Positions 1-8,695 of a stretch of DNA of 64,000 nucleotides are shown here, piece after piece. The notes under the pieces were generated by a model, which was given only the letters and a program-made list of their open reading frames with translations, did no database searches and was not told the origin of the DNA. Positions within the stretch are counted from its first letter, which is position 1. Each line of letters begins with the position of its first letter. The translations under genes were made by a program, and so were the position numbers. This DNA comes from a virus (Duplodnaviria; Caudoviricetes): positions 128,001 through 192,000 of IMG/VR virus record IMGVR_UViG_3300044712_000786; one strand, written 5' to 3'.

Positions 1-124
1 TACGATTGAGAATAGAGATAGTCGCCCAGACGGAGACAATTACAGGCACGCAATAAAGCATTACCAGACGCATGGATGACAATGCGCCATCCTTAGTCTC
101 TTGGAAAAACTCTAGAATTCTCAT
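1..124 (-). CDS. partial small membrane protein (holin-like), runs off the window edge
   Basis: Manual translation MRILEFFQETKDGALSSMRLVMLYCVPVIVSVWATISILNR; hydrophobic segment after LSSMRL. Confidence 0.4.
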   Translation of the reverse strand, partial: MRILEFFQETKDGALSSMRLVMLYCVPVIVSVWATISILNR

Positions 125-303
125 GCAATTTTATGAAATTCAATGATTTTCGCTACCTTAAAAGACCTAACGCCATGTTTATAAGCATAAACCGTGACCC
201 TGTCCCCGTCAGAGCTAATAGGATGACTTACCCTATAGCTATGTATTTGACCATTAGCCTTTCTATATTTAAGAAAGTAATTAGATGTCTGTGGAATATC
301 CAT
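121..303 (-). CDS. tiny stand-alone WYL-like protein
   Basis: YRKANGQ..Y.V.HP....V.VYAY..GVRSFKVAKI resembles the WYL pattern. Confidence 0.4.
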   Translation of the reverse strand: MDIPQTSNYFLKYRKANGQIHSYRVSHPISSDGDRVTVYAYKHGVRSFKVAKIIEFHKIA

Positions 304-341
304 ATTCTAATTATTGATGTCTTTTAGGATTTTGTCAACAT

Positions 342-614
342 TCATTTTTCAATCCAAGGGTTTTCAAGGGGTAAATTAGTAAGGACTTCCTCCTTAACAC
401 CTATTTCCCTATGCGCCCGACATACAGAGCACCAACCGCAGGGTTTGGGAGTGGGGTCTTGTTCTTGCGCCCCCCATCTTATCTGAGGACTAAAATTGGG
501 ACACGAAATACTAGATATAATAGACCTAAGTCTATTCACTTCATTTTTAAGTTCAGTTAGGGACTGTTCCATAAATAATATCCACGTTGGACAACGATAT
601 AAAATATCACCCAA
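342..614 (-). CDS. hypothetical protein
   Basis: ORF track, co-oriented with neighbours. Confidence 0.45.
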   Translation of the reverse strand: MGDILYRCPTWILFMEQSLTELKNEVNRLRSIISSISCPNFSPQIRWGAQEQDPTPKPCGWCSVCRAHREIGVKEEVLTNLPLENPWIEK

Positions 615-732
615 GCTTGTCTCCGAAATTCAAAAGTATAAGTAATTCCTCCAGCATTATGGAGCTTCATTATATTTTCCTGACTTAAGTTCTTATGACT
701 AAAAAAAGAAGTTAGAGGCTCACGAAGGCTTT

Positions 733-927
733 TCATTTTTTAGGAGGCTTAGAATGGTAATTGGCTATGTAGTTAATAGAACACACAGCGCCCGAAACAA
801 TAAGAGCAGTCGCCGCAAATGTGCATACAAACATTAAAAGCTCTTTACTTTGAGCCAAAATTATTACTGCTATGCTGATAATAAGAATAGCGATTATCGA
901 GGCTACTACGTAAGCTAAGTAAATCAT
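733..927 (-). CDS. small membrane protein
   Basis: Two hydrophobic helices. Confidence 0.6.
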   Translation of the reverse strand: MIYLAYVVASIIAILIISIAVIILAQSKELLMFVCTFAATALIVSGAVCSINYIANYHSKPPKK

Positions 928-1172
928 TTATTCTCCAAAATTACAGAATTAGTTTTAAAATATGTGTTAGGGTTGTTCCAAAAATCAAATCTACTACCCG
1001 CGTATGTTTGGATATACCAGCTAGACCATGCAAGTAAAAATATAACAGTCAATACAGCCGCACTAAATTGTACTTCCTTATTACTGTTTATTACTATAAG
1101 GAGATAAACAATAGCTGCAAGCGTAGCGCAACTAACTATTGTCCAAAATACAACTAAAGCTAATATTAGCAT
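924..1172 (-). CDS. small membrane protein
   Basis: Two hydrophobic helices; overlaps neighbours. Confidence 0.6.
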   Translation of the reverse strand: MLILALVVFWTIVSCATLAAIVYLLIVINSNKEVQFSAAVLTVIFLLAWSSWYIQTYAGSRFDFWNNPNTYFKTNSVILENK

Positions 1173-1483
1173 AATTTAAAATACTCCTTTAGATACAAAC
1201 AAATTGCCATCGGCATAGAGAGAGTTTTAACCATTATTCCTTCTTCGGTTATAGTTACTAATCCTTCTTCCATACTAAAGGTAGGCTTGCACCCCTTCAT
1301 AATACCCATTTCCAGAATATACAAGGCATCTGTATAATTATCATGGAAAGAAGGAACAGAACAGACATACTTATTATCATTAAAGACAACCGCACCATCT
1401 GAAATTAGCTTAATATGCTCATTCTCCCTGAGGGCTCCCATAACCCTTTCGTAAAGTAGAGCATCAAGTTCGTTAGTGTTCAT
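1166..1483 (-). CDS. phage ABA-sandwich (BC1872)-like protein
   Basis: ELDALLYERVMG...PSF..NY.DA..ILE...PMAICL pattern. Confidence 0.45.
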   Translation of the reverse strand: MNTNELDALLYERVMGALRENEHIKLISDGAVVFNDNKYVCSVPSFHDNYTDALYILEMGIMKGCKPTFSMEEGLVTITEEGIMVKTLSMPMAICLYLKEYFKLC

Positions 1484-1637
1484 ATTTAATTAACTGAATA
1501 TCAGGAATAAGTATAGGAAGTCTGTCTCTAACCTCCGACCAGACCACCAACACAGGCTCTAATTTTAGATGATAAATTAATTTTTCATAACTGAGAAGTT
1601 GACACATTCCGCGCTCGAAAAGAAAACGTCTATTCAT
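1473..1637 (-). CDS. hypothetical protein
   Basis: ORF track; start moved to ATG overlapping upstream stop. Confidence 0.4.
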   Translation of the reverse strand: MNRRFLFERGMCQLLSYEKLIYHLKLEPVLVVWSEVRDRLPILIPDIQLIKYEH

Positions 1638-1797
1638 GATTGAACCTTTCAATGAGATTTGGTATAAAGAGACCCCACCAAACCTTAAACTCAATTTGAG
1701 ACCCAACTACGTAGCGCCTGTTCATATCGGAAAGACAGGCTTTTTCCCATGCCGCAAAGCTCGGATTTTCCCTCAACTCGATTCTACACGAATTCAT
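1630..1797 (-). CDS. hypothetical protein (55 aa, not in ORF track)
   Basis: Manual translation MNSCRIELRENPSFAAWEKACLSDMNRRY... Confidence 0.4.
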   Translation of the reverse strand: MNSCRIELRENPSFAAWEKACLSDMNRRYVVGSQIEFKVWWGLFIPNLIERFNHE

Positions 1798-1918
1798 CTA
1801 ATTAAATGATACTAGATTTTTTTCGTGTGTCAATCGGGAATCGGCTCATGTTTTGCCAGAGCTTCCCAAATTTTAAACCATCGGCTTTCTGTCCAATCTT
1901 GCACATAATAGATTACAC

Positions 1919-2173
1919 TTAGTCAAGTTCTATTAAAGCCTCATATTCGGGAGTTTCTCTATAAGGAGAGCAGTCTCGCATTGCTTTTAAACAACGCCTA
2001 AGCGAATCGACTGCTTTTCCCGTCTTATTCTCAATAAAACACTCCATTCCAACTAGTTCTAAGATTTTGACAGGAAATACTTCGCTATCTACATTCCGCT
2101 CAACTATATCCGCCCAGTGTGGCGAGCAAGCCTGTATCATCTTAAACTCTTTTTCAGAATAATCAGCTTTCAT
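1919..2173 (-). CDS. hypothetical protein
   Basis: ORF track; start MKADYS just downstream of tRNA-like RNA. Confidence 0.6.
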   Translation of the reverse strand: MKADYSEKEFKMIQACSPHWADIVERNVDSEVFPVKILELVGMECFIENKTGKAVDSLRRCLKAMRDCSPYRETPEYEALIELD

Positions 2174-2177
2174 ATAG

Positions 2178-2271
2178 TGGCGCAAACGGAGGGATTTGAA
2201 CCCACATTAGGCGTTATCCAATTACGGTAGTTTCGTGCCCAAAGTTTAGGAAACTTTGCCGATACGTTTGC
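2178..2271 (-). ncRNA. tRNA-like RNA lacking a D arm, CCT (Arg) anticodon loop, enlarged variable region
   Basis: Acceptor GCAAACG/CGUUUGC-G-CCA, T arm GUGGG-UUCAAAU-CCCUC, stem AAAGU/ACUUU with loop UUCCUAA; no D stem. Confidence 0.65.
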
Positions 2272-2272
2272 A

Positions 2273-2716
2273 TTAATCTATAATAATCTTTTTTTCTACC
2301 CTCATCGCCTTATCAATCATGAGCCTTCCCAATACGGTAGGATTGGGGTGGCTAATTGACCAATAGTGAGGGCGCAACTCATGTCCATAGGCTAGATTCA
2401 GAAACAAGCAAATAGCCCCGCTACGGCTAATTCCAGCCGCACAATGAACCGCGAAATTATCTTCCTTATTCCTTTCGACAAAGTCAACAATTTCATGGGC
2501 TTGCTCGCGGGAAATAGGATTTAGGAAACATCCATCGTAAAAGGTTTTATCTTTTACGTCAGAAAATCTCAGACGCAATAACTTGTCCGAAGGGATTTCT
2601 CTTTCGTTTAAAATAGGATAATAAGCCCCCGCTTCCTCGTTAATGGAAATAACGGCCCATCCCTTGGGGGTTCCCTCTTCCTCTACCTGATATGCTGAAT
2701 AATTAAATGCTTTCAC
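2273..2716 (-). CDS. protein tyrosine/dual-specificity phosphatase-like
   Basis: VHCAAGISRSGA (HCX5R) motif. Confidence 0.8.
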   Translation of the reverse strand: MKAFNYSAYQVEEEGTPKGWAVISINEEAGAYYPILNEREIPSDKLLRLRFSDVKDKTFYDGCFLNPISREQAHEIVDFVERNKEDNFAVHCAAGISRSGAICLFLNLAYGHELRPHYWSISHPNPTVLGRLMIDKAMRVEKKIIID

Positions 2717-2751
2717 TTCTCAAATATACCGACTATTTTTTAAAAATCAAT

Positions 2752-2788
2752 AAAAAAAATCCCCCGAATGGCAGAAACCATTGAGGGC
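2752..2788 (-). terminator. intrinsic terminator
   Basis: Hairpin CCCUCAAUGG-uuucug-CCAUUCGGGG followed by U tract on minus strand. Confidence 0.55.
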
Positions 2789-2844
2789 ATAGTAAGCTAA
2801 TGAAACACGCGGAACGAAGGTTGTGTGACCTTCTAAATTAGCTC

Positions 2845-3141
2845 CTAACTAAATTCTCCCATATCTAAGATATCATACAAGAGCTTAAGCGTTCTATTTG
2901 AGTCTCTTTCAAACTTAGAGGATGTATCAATAAAACCTAACGTTTTGATAAAGCTCGCTACTCTCTCGATGTCTTCTAGTGGAGTTTTCATAAACGGTCT
3001 ATCATCATTTAGACAGTCCCAGAAAAAGTCGGCCACTTTAGATACGGATTTTCGGGTTCTATAATAGAAAATTTCATTATTAGCTAGACAGTCTAGCTCA
3101 TCTAAATATGAATTGATAAATTCAAGGTCTTTTTGTTTCAT
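2845..3141 (-). CDS. hypothetical protein
   Basis: ORF track. Confidence 0.6.
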   Translation of the reverse strand: MKQKDLEFINSYLDELDCLANNEIFYYRTRKSVSKVADFFWDCLNDDRPFMKTPLEDIERVASFIKTLGFIDTSSKFERDSNRTLKLLYDILDMGEFS

Positions 3142-3326
3142 GCTTCTATTGCCATTTCCATTTGATACTGATAGTAAGCTACTTCATTAACCGCCGACTG
3201 AATCAACTTTTTGTCATCTGTAGCTATTCCGCTCTTATAGTATCTGAAACTTAACAAATCTAGAGCATCCTGAGATATCTCTACGTTGATGTTTACCGAC
3301 TTTGTACGGGACGCATTTTTTTTCAT
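3138..3326 (-). CDS. small hypothetical protein (possibly ribbon-helix-helix)
   Basis: ORF track; beta-strand then helix pattern; start codon lies inside an ACAGC hairpin. Confidence 0.5.
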   Translation of the reverse strand: MKKNASRTKSVNINVEISQDALDLLSFRYYKSGIATDDKKLIQSAVNEVAYYQYQMEMAIEA

Positions 3327-3346
3327 TTATTGGCTGTTAGCGTCCC
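3305..3346 (-). ncRNA. stem-ACAGC(A/C)A hairpin element, dispersed copy
   Basis: GGGACGC-UAACAGCCAA-A-rich-AUGCGUCCC-GU. Confidence 0.65.
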
Positions 3347-3353
3347 AAATCAG

Positions 3354-3659
3354 TTAAACAACAACTAACGGATTACTGGGAACGACAATGTCATATTCAT
3401 CTAGAGCCGTGCATGGATTGCTTAGCCAACCTTCTGTTTGAGAGCTAATCCATTGAGTTTGTTCTTCATTCAGTTTACTAAATGATGGTACGCCCCAAGA
3501 ACTGGAGCCGAACTTTTCACTAAACAAACCAATACCAGCTAGAGACCGAATCTTTCTTTGGTGTTTGTTCAACCACGCAACGACTTTCTTAAAAGTTTTT
3601 GTTTTATCGCCTTTATAATCGGATATTCTCATATCCCAATCATAGGGAAGATTTAACAT
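3354..3659 (-). CDS. hypothetical protein
   Basis: ORF track. Confidence 0.6.
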   Translation of the reverse strand: MLNLPYDWDMRISDYKGDKTKTFKKVVAWLNKHQRKIRSLAGIGLFSEKFGSSSWGVPSFSKLNEEQTQWISSQTEGWLSNPCTALDEYDIVVPSNPLVVV

Positions 3660-3916
3660 TCAGTCAACTCATGAATTGCGCTTCCGCAATCGGAACAAAT
3701 TTCTTTCGTAACCCCTTTATCTCCAACGGTATAGGTAACAGCTTTACAGCATTTGCTTCGGGGCCTTTTCTCTACAAGCATGGAGTTGATATCCTTTAGG
3801 CTCTCCAATAGCCCAGCAATCTCATGCATAAACGATGACTCTAACTCCCGAGTCACTTTTGAATGGAAACCACTCAGCCCAGCTAGGCTTTTCGGTTTTT
3901 TGTTCTTTCGGGTCAT
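3653..3916 (-). CDS. hypothetical protein with CC..CxxC
   Basis: ORF track. Confidence 0.55.
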   Translation of the reverse strand: MTRKNKKPKSLAGLSGFHSKVTRELESSFMHEIAGLLESLKDINSMLVEKRPRSKCCKAVTYTVGDKGVTKEICSDCGSAIHELTEC

Positions 3917-4061
3917 AAATATATGCGCCTACGGAAGTCATGCCGACTACCACGCCATCCATTACGGTTTCCCTTTGGATGACTCCGTCTTTGTTTATTT
4001 CTCTAATTACTTTGCCCTTGCGATAGAGCGATACATCATCGAACATACCTAATTCTAGCAA
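3822..4061 (-). CDS. hypothetical protein
   Basis: ORF track; overlaps next ORF by ~95 nt. Confidence 0.5.
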   Translation of the reverse strand: MLELGMFDDVSLYRKGKVIREINKDGVIQRETVMDGVVVGMTSVGAYIYDPKEQKTEKPSWAEWFPFKSDSGVRVIVYA

Positions 4062-4076
4062 GGCTTATGAAAACTG

Positions 4077-4661
4077 TCAATAAAAAGTTCTCAACATTAA
4101 GATGACATCCCAAGCATCATCTATAGCTCTATGAGTATAATCGGGGGTGTATATCTTAGCCCTAGCCTTACATTCTCCCGTGCTGGGGACAGCGTAGTCA
4201 GTCTTGAAGTTCATAAACATTGGACCGGGGTCCAATATAGTATGTCTAAATCGACACATTTCCATGAAATGAGGCAATTTCTGTAGAAACTGCGCGTCAA
4301 ACCCCCCGAAGTTCTTTCCCGCTGCTGTATAAGGCAACTCTATATTATTGTTTTTAAGAAATAGCTTAAAATATTTAGCTACTTCGCCTTCCCTTAAGAC
4401 GGTGATTCCAGAAGGGGATACTAATTGACCGTTTTCATCCCTCTCGGCTTCAGCTATCTCTTTCAAAACCTCCGCATTCATTGCTAAAGCCGCAGGGGTT
4501 CCAAAGTAGTTATCCCTCCAAACCAAACAATGAAATTTAGGACATTCCTCTAAGGAAAGCTTCTTCTCAGTATCTTCTACAATCGCGCCAATTTCTAACA
4601 AGTTATGCTCTTGGGGGTTTAGTCCCGTCATTTCGCAATCAATACTAATGTAAATCATCAA
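4077..4661 (-). CDS. DEDDh 3'-5' exonuclease (oligoribonuclease-like)
   Basis: SIDCEMTGL, GKNFGGFD, HRAIDD motifs. Confidence 0.85.
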   Translation of the reverse strand: MMIYISIDCEMTGLNPQEHNLLEIGAIVEDTEKKLSLEECPKFHCLVWRDNYFGTPAALAMNAEVLKEIAEAERDENGQLVSPSGITVLREGEVAKYFKLFLKNNNIELPYTAAGKNFGGFDAQFLQKLPHFMEMCRFRHTILDPGPMFMNFKTDYAVPSTGECKARAKIYTPDYTHRAIDDAWDVILMLRTFY

Positions 4662-4833
4662 ACCTTTCCGATAGAAACCTTCTAGCTTCTGTTATCTCTT
4701 CCTGTTTTTTCTGAATTTGTTGACCGATAGAATAAGAATCAGAAATTTTACCGCGCTCTAAAAGCCATTTAAATGCTTTAATGTCTTCTTCTCGCTTCTG
4801 GATAAAAGTTCTGAGTAATAGTTGATTAAGCAT
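4645..4833 (-). CDS. hypothetical protein
   Basis: ORF track; start after tRNA-Cys. Confidence 0.55.
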   Translation of the reverse strand: MLNQLLLRTFIQKREEDIKAFKWLLERGKISDSYSIGQQIQKKQEEITEARRFLSERFDDLH

Positions 4834-4836
4834 AGA

Positions 4837-4913
4837 TGGAGACGCAAGTTGGATTTGCACCAACGAATAGCAAGGTTGCAGCTTGCTGGTTTAGACTACT
4901 CACCCATTGCGTC
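4837..4913 (-). tRNA. tRNA-Cys(GCA)
   Basis: Anticodon arm GCAAG-CUGCAAC-CUUGC, CCA encoded. Confidence 0.9.
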
Positions 4914-4920
4914 CTGAAAA

Positions 4921-5919
4921 TTACTTCAAAACAAGAAGTTGCGTGCCAGCAACCAAATTTCGGTTGAGGCTAGTAGACTGGATAAAGACATGCCACTTGC
5001 CATGACTAGCAGGGTCTACTTGGATTTCGTAATCGGGCAGACCGAGCATATCTCGCGCATTAACGCCAGAATATACCTTCGCCGTTACTTTATCCTGAAT
5101 ACATACCTGTTTGTAAGCTTGAACCTTCTCGGGCTTAGTAATTTGGTAGTAAGCCGAACCTTTGACGTAAGGCTTTCCAGTCCAACTTTCTACGAAGCTC
5201 TTGATATCCTTCTTCTTACTAACAGGGAAAATCTCATATTGGTGAGTCTTTAGCTCATCCAAATTCCGTTTGACACTAGTTGTCGATAGGCTGCTAGCGT
5301 CAAGATTAAAAAGATTCTTTGTACTGCGAACTCCAGTGCTACGAGCCCTCATAAAGGAAGTCGTAACTGTAGTCATAACGTCACCGATATCGTTCATACC
5401 CTTGGCGGTAGTGTCCCAAGTCATTACATTACCGGCGGGGAACCCACAAGCTTTAGCTTGCTTAACTCCATATTCATTGGGGACCATTACGGACACGGTC
5501 CAATTATCCTTGAGTTGAGAAATCGCTTTCTTTAATTGAGGTTCCTTGTTCCGACTAGCATTCTCTTCGCCATCGGTAATAGCAATCAAAAGAAACGCAT
5601 GGTCTCCATAGAGTTGAGGCGTCTGCTCAAGGTCAGAGATTGCTTGCATCGTCCCATCGATAAGCTTGGTATTGCCATTAGTATAATAATGGTCTTTAAT
5701 CCTAGGGAGCCTCAATACATCCATATCGTATACTAGCGGCTCTACGCTGCTATTAAACAAATAAATTGAAACCCGTGTTTCTTGGTCAGTTTCTTTAGAG
5801 CTTTTGGCTAATTGAGCTACGTGAGTGTCAATGACTTTAATGGTTTCGTCCTTGATGCTGCTCATCGAACCGCTCGCATCTACAACCAAAGCTACGTGAT
5901 TGATAAGATTTTGAATCAT
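4921..5919 (-). CDS. von Willebrand factor A domain protein
   Basis: MIDAS DASGSM ... T ... ITDGEEN. Confidence 0.85.
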   Translation of the reverse strand: MIQNLINHVALVVDASGSMSSIKDETIKVIDTHVAQLAKSSKETDQETRVSIYLFNSSVEPLVYDMDVLRLPRIKDHYYTNGNTKLIDGTMQAISDLEQTPQLYGDHAFLLIAITDGEENASRNKEPQLKKAISQLKDNWTVSVMVPNEYGVKQAKACGFPAGNVMTWDTTAKGMNDIGDVMTTVTTSFMRARSTGVRSTKNLFNLDASSLSTTSVKRNLDELKTHQYEIFPVSKKKDIKSFVESWTGKPYVKGSAYYQITKPEKVQAYKQVCIQDKVTAKVYSGVNARDMLGLPDYEIQVDPASHGKWHVFIQSTSLNRNLVAGTQLLVLK

Positions 5920-5925
5920 ATCCCA

Positions 5926-5953
5926 ATTCTAAAAAGAATTTTTGAAAAGTCAA
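5926..5953 (-). promoter_or_regulatory. sigma70-like promoter
   Basis: TTGACT-N16-TAGAAT; same geometry recurs at 12378, 14193, 23246, 28046. Confidence 0.6.
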
Positions 5954-6176
5954 CGTTAAAAACCAAAGGGCTGACTAAGAAGCGCCCCGCTATTGGAGAC
6001 CCGATATCGTTGAAGTCTGCCTTCCCTTTCCCATACCCCTGACAATTGAGGGGCAACCCCAGTTAAATAATCCCTTCCCTCTAAAACAAATGTATCTAAA
6101 TCGGCTTGCCCCGTAGGAAGCGAGTGCAAACGATTCATATAATTACCTTGGGAGCCGCTGATATACATACTCTTTA

Positions 6177-6413
6177 TTACACCTTACAGGGGCATGTATC
6201 CTTTTCGGGATTAACCCCCTTACCACAAACTGGACAAACCCACCCCTTTTTAACGGCAAATGGATAAACGGGATGTATATCTTGAGCCAAGCCCCCAACT
6301 GTCGTATTATAACAGCTATAACACAAATTTTTTCCCTCAAAACAATACAAGGCCGAAGTGAGATTCCCGCAACGAGAACAGGCAAACTTAAATATACTAT
6401 CGTTATCTTTCAT
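6177..6413 (-). CDS. Cys-rich zinc-finger protein
   Basis: Multiple CxxC motifs. Confidence 0.6.
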   Translation of the reverse strand: MKDNDSIFKFACSRCGNLTSALYCFEGKNLCYSCYNTTVGGLAQDIHPVYPFAVKKGWVCPVCGKGVNPEKDTCPCKV

Positions 6414-6756
6414 ACAACTTAGCTAGACCATTTTTCAACAGTTCATCATTCAAGTTAGTAGAAGAACCATTAGAATCATAGTAAACTTCAGCTAGATAGC
6501 GCCCAAAGGCGTCTGCTTTGAAAGTTTGGATAACAACCAACTTATTCAAAACCGTATTAACTACGTAAGACTTACCTAGGAGGGCTCTTTGCTTATCCTC
6601 GGCGTTAGAACTCGTTAACTCCCAAGTATTTATGCGATTCAGCCGCAGACGAAGAAGCATCTTTATCTTAAATCCTACATCTACTTCCGCGTCTACCGTA
6701 TCGCCGTCTACTACATTAGTTATTAAAGCCTTGTATAAATATGCTGGTTGAACCAT
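6403..6756 (-). CDS. thermonuclease (SNase-like)
   Basis: VVDGDTV, LRLNRINTWE, DAFGRYLAEV, LLKNGLA. Confidence 0.85.
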   Translation of the reverse strand: MVQPAYLYKALITNVVDGDTVDAEVDVGFKIKMLLRLRLNRINTWELTSSNAEDKQRALLGKSYVVNTVLNKLVVIQTFKADAFGRYLAEVYYDSNGSSTNLNDELLKNGLAKLYER

Positions 6757-6764
6757 GCATAAAA

Positions 6765-6995
6765 TTACACGCGCAATGGGGCGAAACCCGTAAAATCTAA
6801 CCCATTATGCAATAACTCGTCCCAATAACCTTCAGAGTCTTTATAAATGATTCTCTTAGGGCCGAATCTATTAATGACTTCTTTAACTACCCATTCAGCA
6901 TCATTAGTAACGCTTATGTTTCCTAAATCCAAATCCTCAATATAAACGATATTAGCGGTATCGTTGACTACCTTGAAATCAGCATGGGGTTTCAT
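6765..6995 (-). CDS. hypothetical protein
   Basis: ORF track. Confidence 0.65.
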   Translation of the reverse strand: MKPHADFKVVNDTANIVYIEDLDLGNISVTNDAEWVVKEVINRFGPKRIIYKDSEGYWDELLHNGLDFTGFAPLRV

Positions 6996-7185
6996 TGGGA
7001 TAAATTTTCGCTCCGCTATGTTCCAAAATGTAAGCGGTATAACAGGGCACGCAAAGCTCTTTGTAATTCCAGATGGTATGAAAATTGTCGCCCGTTATGT
7101 TGTTTTCTACCCCACAATCAATCTTATACGAAGATACTTCATCCCTAGTATGGCAAACGTCGCATTCGAGAATAATGTGCTTCAT
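6979..7185 (-). CDS. hypothetical CxxC protein
   Basis: ORF track. Confidence 0.55.
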   Translation of the reverse strand: MKHIILECDVCHTRDEVSSYKIDCGVENNITGDNFHTIWNYKELCVPCYTAYILEHSGAKIYPNETPC

Positions 7186-7427
7186 ATCGTCTCAATATTA
7201 TTAGGAATAGGTCCAACTTCTCGACCAACTTGCTCGTTCCAATCTTTGTTTATTTCGTCTAATTTGTCCGCTAAAGCCCTGAGTAACCACGCAACAAAAC
7301 AACCGCCTTGATTAGGCGGGGGCCAATAATAAAAATATCCATCTACATCTTTTAGAAAATCGCCTATATAAGCCGTTTCAACGAATACTTGATAACAGCT
7401 ATCGGAATCTTTCTCAAGCCTTAACAT
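7182..7427 (-). CDS. hypothetical protein
   Basis: ORF track. Confidence 0.65.
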   Translation of the reverse strand: MLRLEKDSDSCYQVFVETAYIGDFLKDVDGYFYYWPPPNQGGCFVAWLLRALADKLDEINKDWNEQVGREVGPIPNNIETI

Positions 7428-7431
7428 AAAA

Positions 7432-7506
7432 TGGTAGCAGCAGAGGTACTCGAAACCTCAGGGAAAACAGCCTTATGAAAGCCGCCCGTCACCTAGACTT
7501 GCTGCC
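7432..7506 (-). tRNA. tRNA-Met/Ile2(CAT)
   Basis: Loop UUCAUAA, acceptor GGCAGCA/UGCUGCU-A-CCA. Confidence 0.75.
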
Positions 7507-7706
7507 AGTTTTTTCAGAGAGTTGTCTACTTGCTGCATCGCCCAATCTAGCTTAGACTCGTCCATTTTTTCAACAACGTCCTCTATACTAAGTTCTAAAT
7601 TCTTGTGAGAGTACATTCGTTTAAATACCATCTGATGCCCCTCGGGGAGTTGGCGCAACCCATTTAAAATAGTATCTCTCGCAAAACGCTGCAAAGATTC
7701 GTTCAT
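7473..7706 (-). CDS. hypothetical protein (3' end overlaps tRNA)
   Basis: ORF track. Confidence 0.6.
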   Translation of the reverse strand: MNESLQRFARDTILNGLRQLPEGHQMVFKRMYSHKNLELSIEDVVEKMDESKLDWAMQQVDNSLKKLAASLGDGRLS

Positions 7707-7811
7707 TACTCCAAGTCTACCAAATCTTTTTCCTCTGTCAATCCCTGATTTATCAGTTTTACAAAGGATTCCCTTAATTTCCTTCGGACCTTTTGATTAG
7801 CCTTTTTTTTA

Positions 7812-8072
7812 TTAAATTTTTTCTGAAGTCTCGCTTCCCTTCTCATCGTTTCCTCCTTTAATTTGGACTTCAATGGGATTATCCAAGAAAATAGTTTGCT
7901 TCTTCTTTTTACTTAGCCCTGAACGACGTTCATAAGCGACAATAAAAAGCCTGCCTTCATTATCTATTTTGAAGACAGGCTTAACTCTATCCTTGGCGAT
8001 AAGTTTCTTAAGATGATTCTTCACGCTTATATTATAGCGTGGAGCAGATATTTTGTCTACGGAACTATCCAA
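7812..8072 (-). CDS. hypothetical protein
   Basis: ORF track. Confidence 0.5.
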   Translation of the reverse strand: MDSSVDKISAPRYNISVKNHLKKLIAKDRVKPVFKIDNEGRLFIVAYERRSGLSKKKKQTIFLDNPIEVQIKGGNDEKGSETSEKI

Positions 8073-8506
8073 ACAGCATTAATTTTATCAAGCTTCTTAT
8101 TATAGCTATAGACAATGTTCGTCCAAGGGCCTACTTCATAAGACCCTACGGTAAAAGCATTTGAGCCAACGGGACGGCACCAGAATTTATATGTCCCGCT
8201 GGGAACGCTTTTGGCTAGCAAATTGACAAAAGTAAAATTAGTAATTGACTGCCCGTTAACCCTTAAGAACTGAAATGTCCCAGTGGTATTAGGCAGAGCA
8301 GGGTCTTCATCCAGAATTTGACCCGCTACCAAGTTTGTGGTAGTAACCGCTACAACATTAGTGCTCGAAACCCCAATATCATACCCGAGAACGGTATAAC
8401 TAGAATCTACATACTTCTCCCAACTTAATAGGGATTTAGAAGTAGCTGTTTGCGCAAACGCACTAAAACCAGCCAAAAGACAGACGGTAAATAGTAACTT
8501 TTTCAT
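8057..8506 (-). CDS. secreted beta-rich protein
   Basis: Signal peptide MKKLLFTVCLLAGFSAFA; Thr/Asn-rich. Confidence 0.7.
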   Translation of the reverse strand: MKKLLFTVCLLAGFSAFAQTATSKSLLSWEKYVDSSYTVLGYDIGVSSTNVVAVTTTNLVAGQILDEDPALPNTTGTFQFLRVNGQSITNFTFVNLLAKSVPSGTYKFWCRPVGSNAFTVGSYEVGPWTNIVYSYNKKLDKINAVWIVP

Positions 8507-8525
8507 AAACTTTATTACACTAAAA

Positions 8526-8600
8526 TGGTCCGGTAGTCTGGATTTGCACCAGAACAGTTCCCTTCACAGGGGAAGATGCTACATTACATCACGTACCGGA
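8526..8600 (-). tRNA. tRNA-His(GTG), U-1:A73 type
   Basis: UUCCC-CUGUGAA-GGGAA; 5' U pairs with A73. Confidence 0.85.
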
Positions 8601-8695
8601 TAAATCGGGAAGGAGTTATCAATTCCCCGCTGACTCAGTCGGCTTTTCAAGGGCCTTATATAGATGATAAGTCTAAGTTTCTGTATGCTAAAGCT

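Noticed and set aside
8601-8695. Additional tRNA between His and the next ORF
   Set aside because: Only fragments (GGC..UUGAA..GCC and a GGGGA/UCCUU hairpin); no cloverleaf or CCA. It shares short words with 12903 but in a different order.
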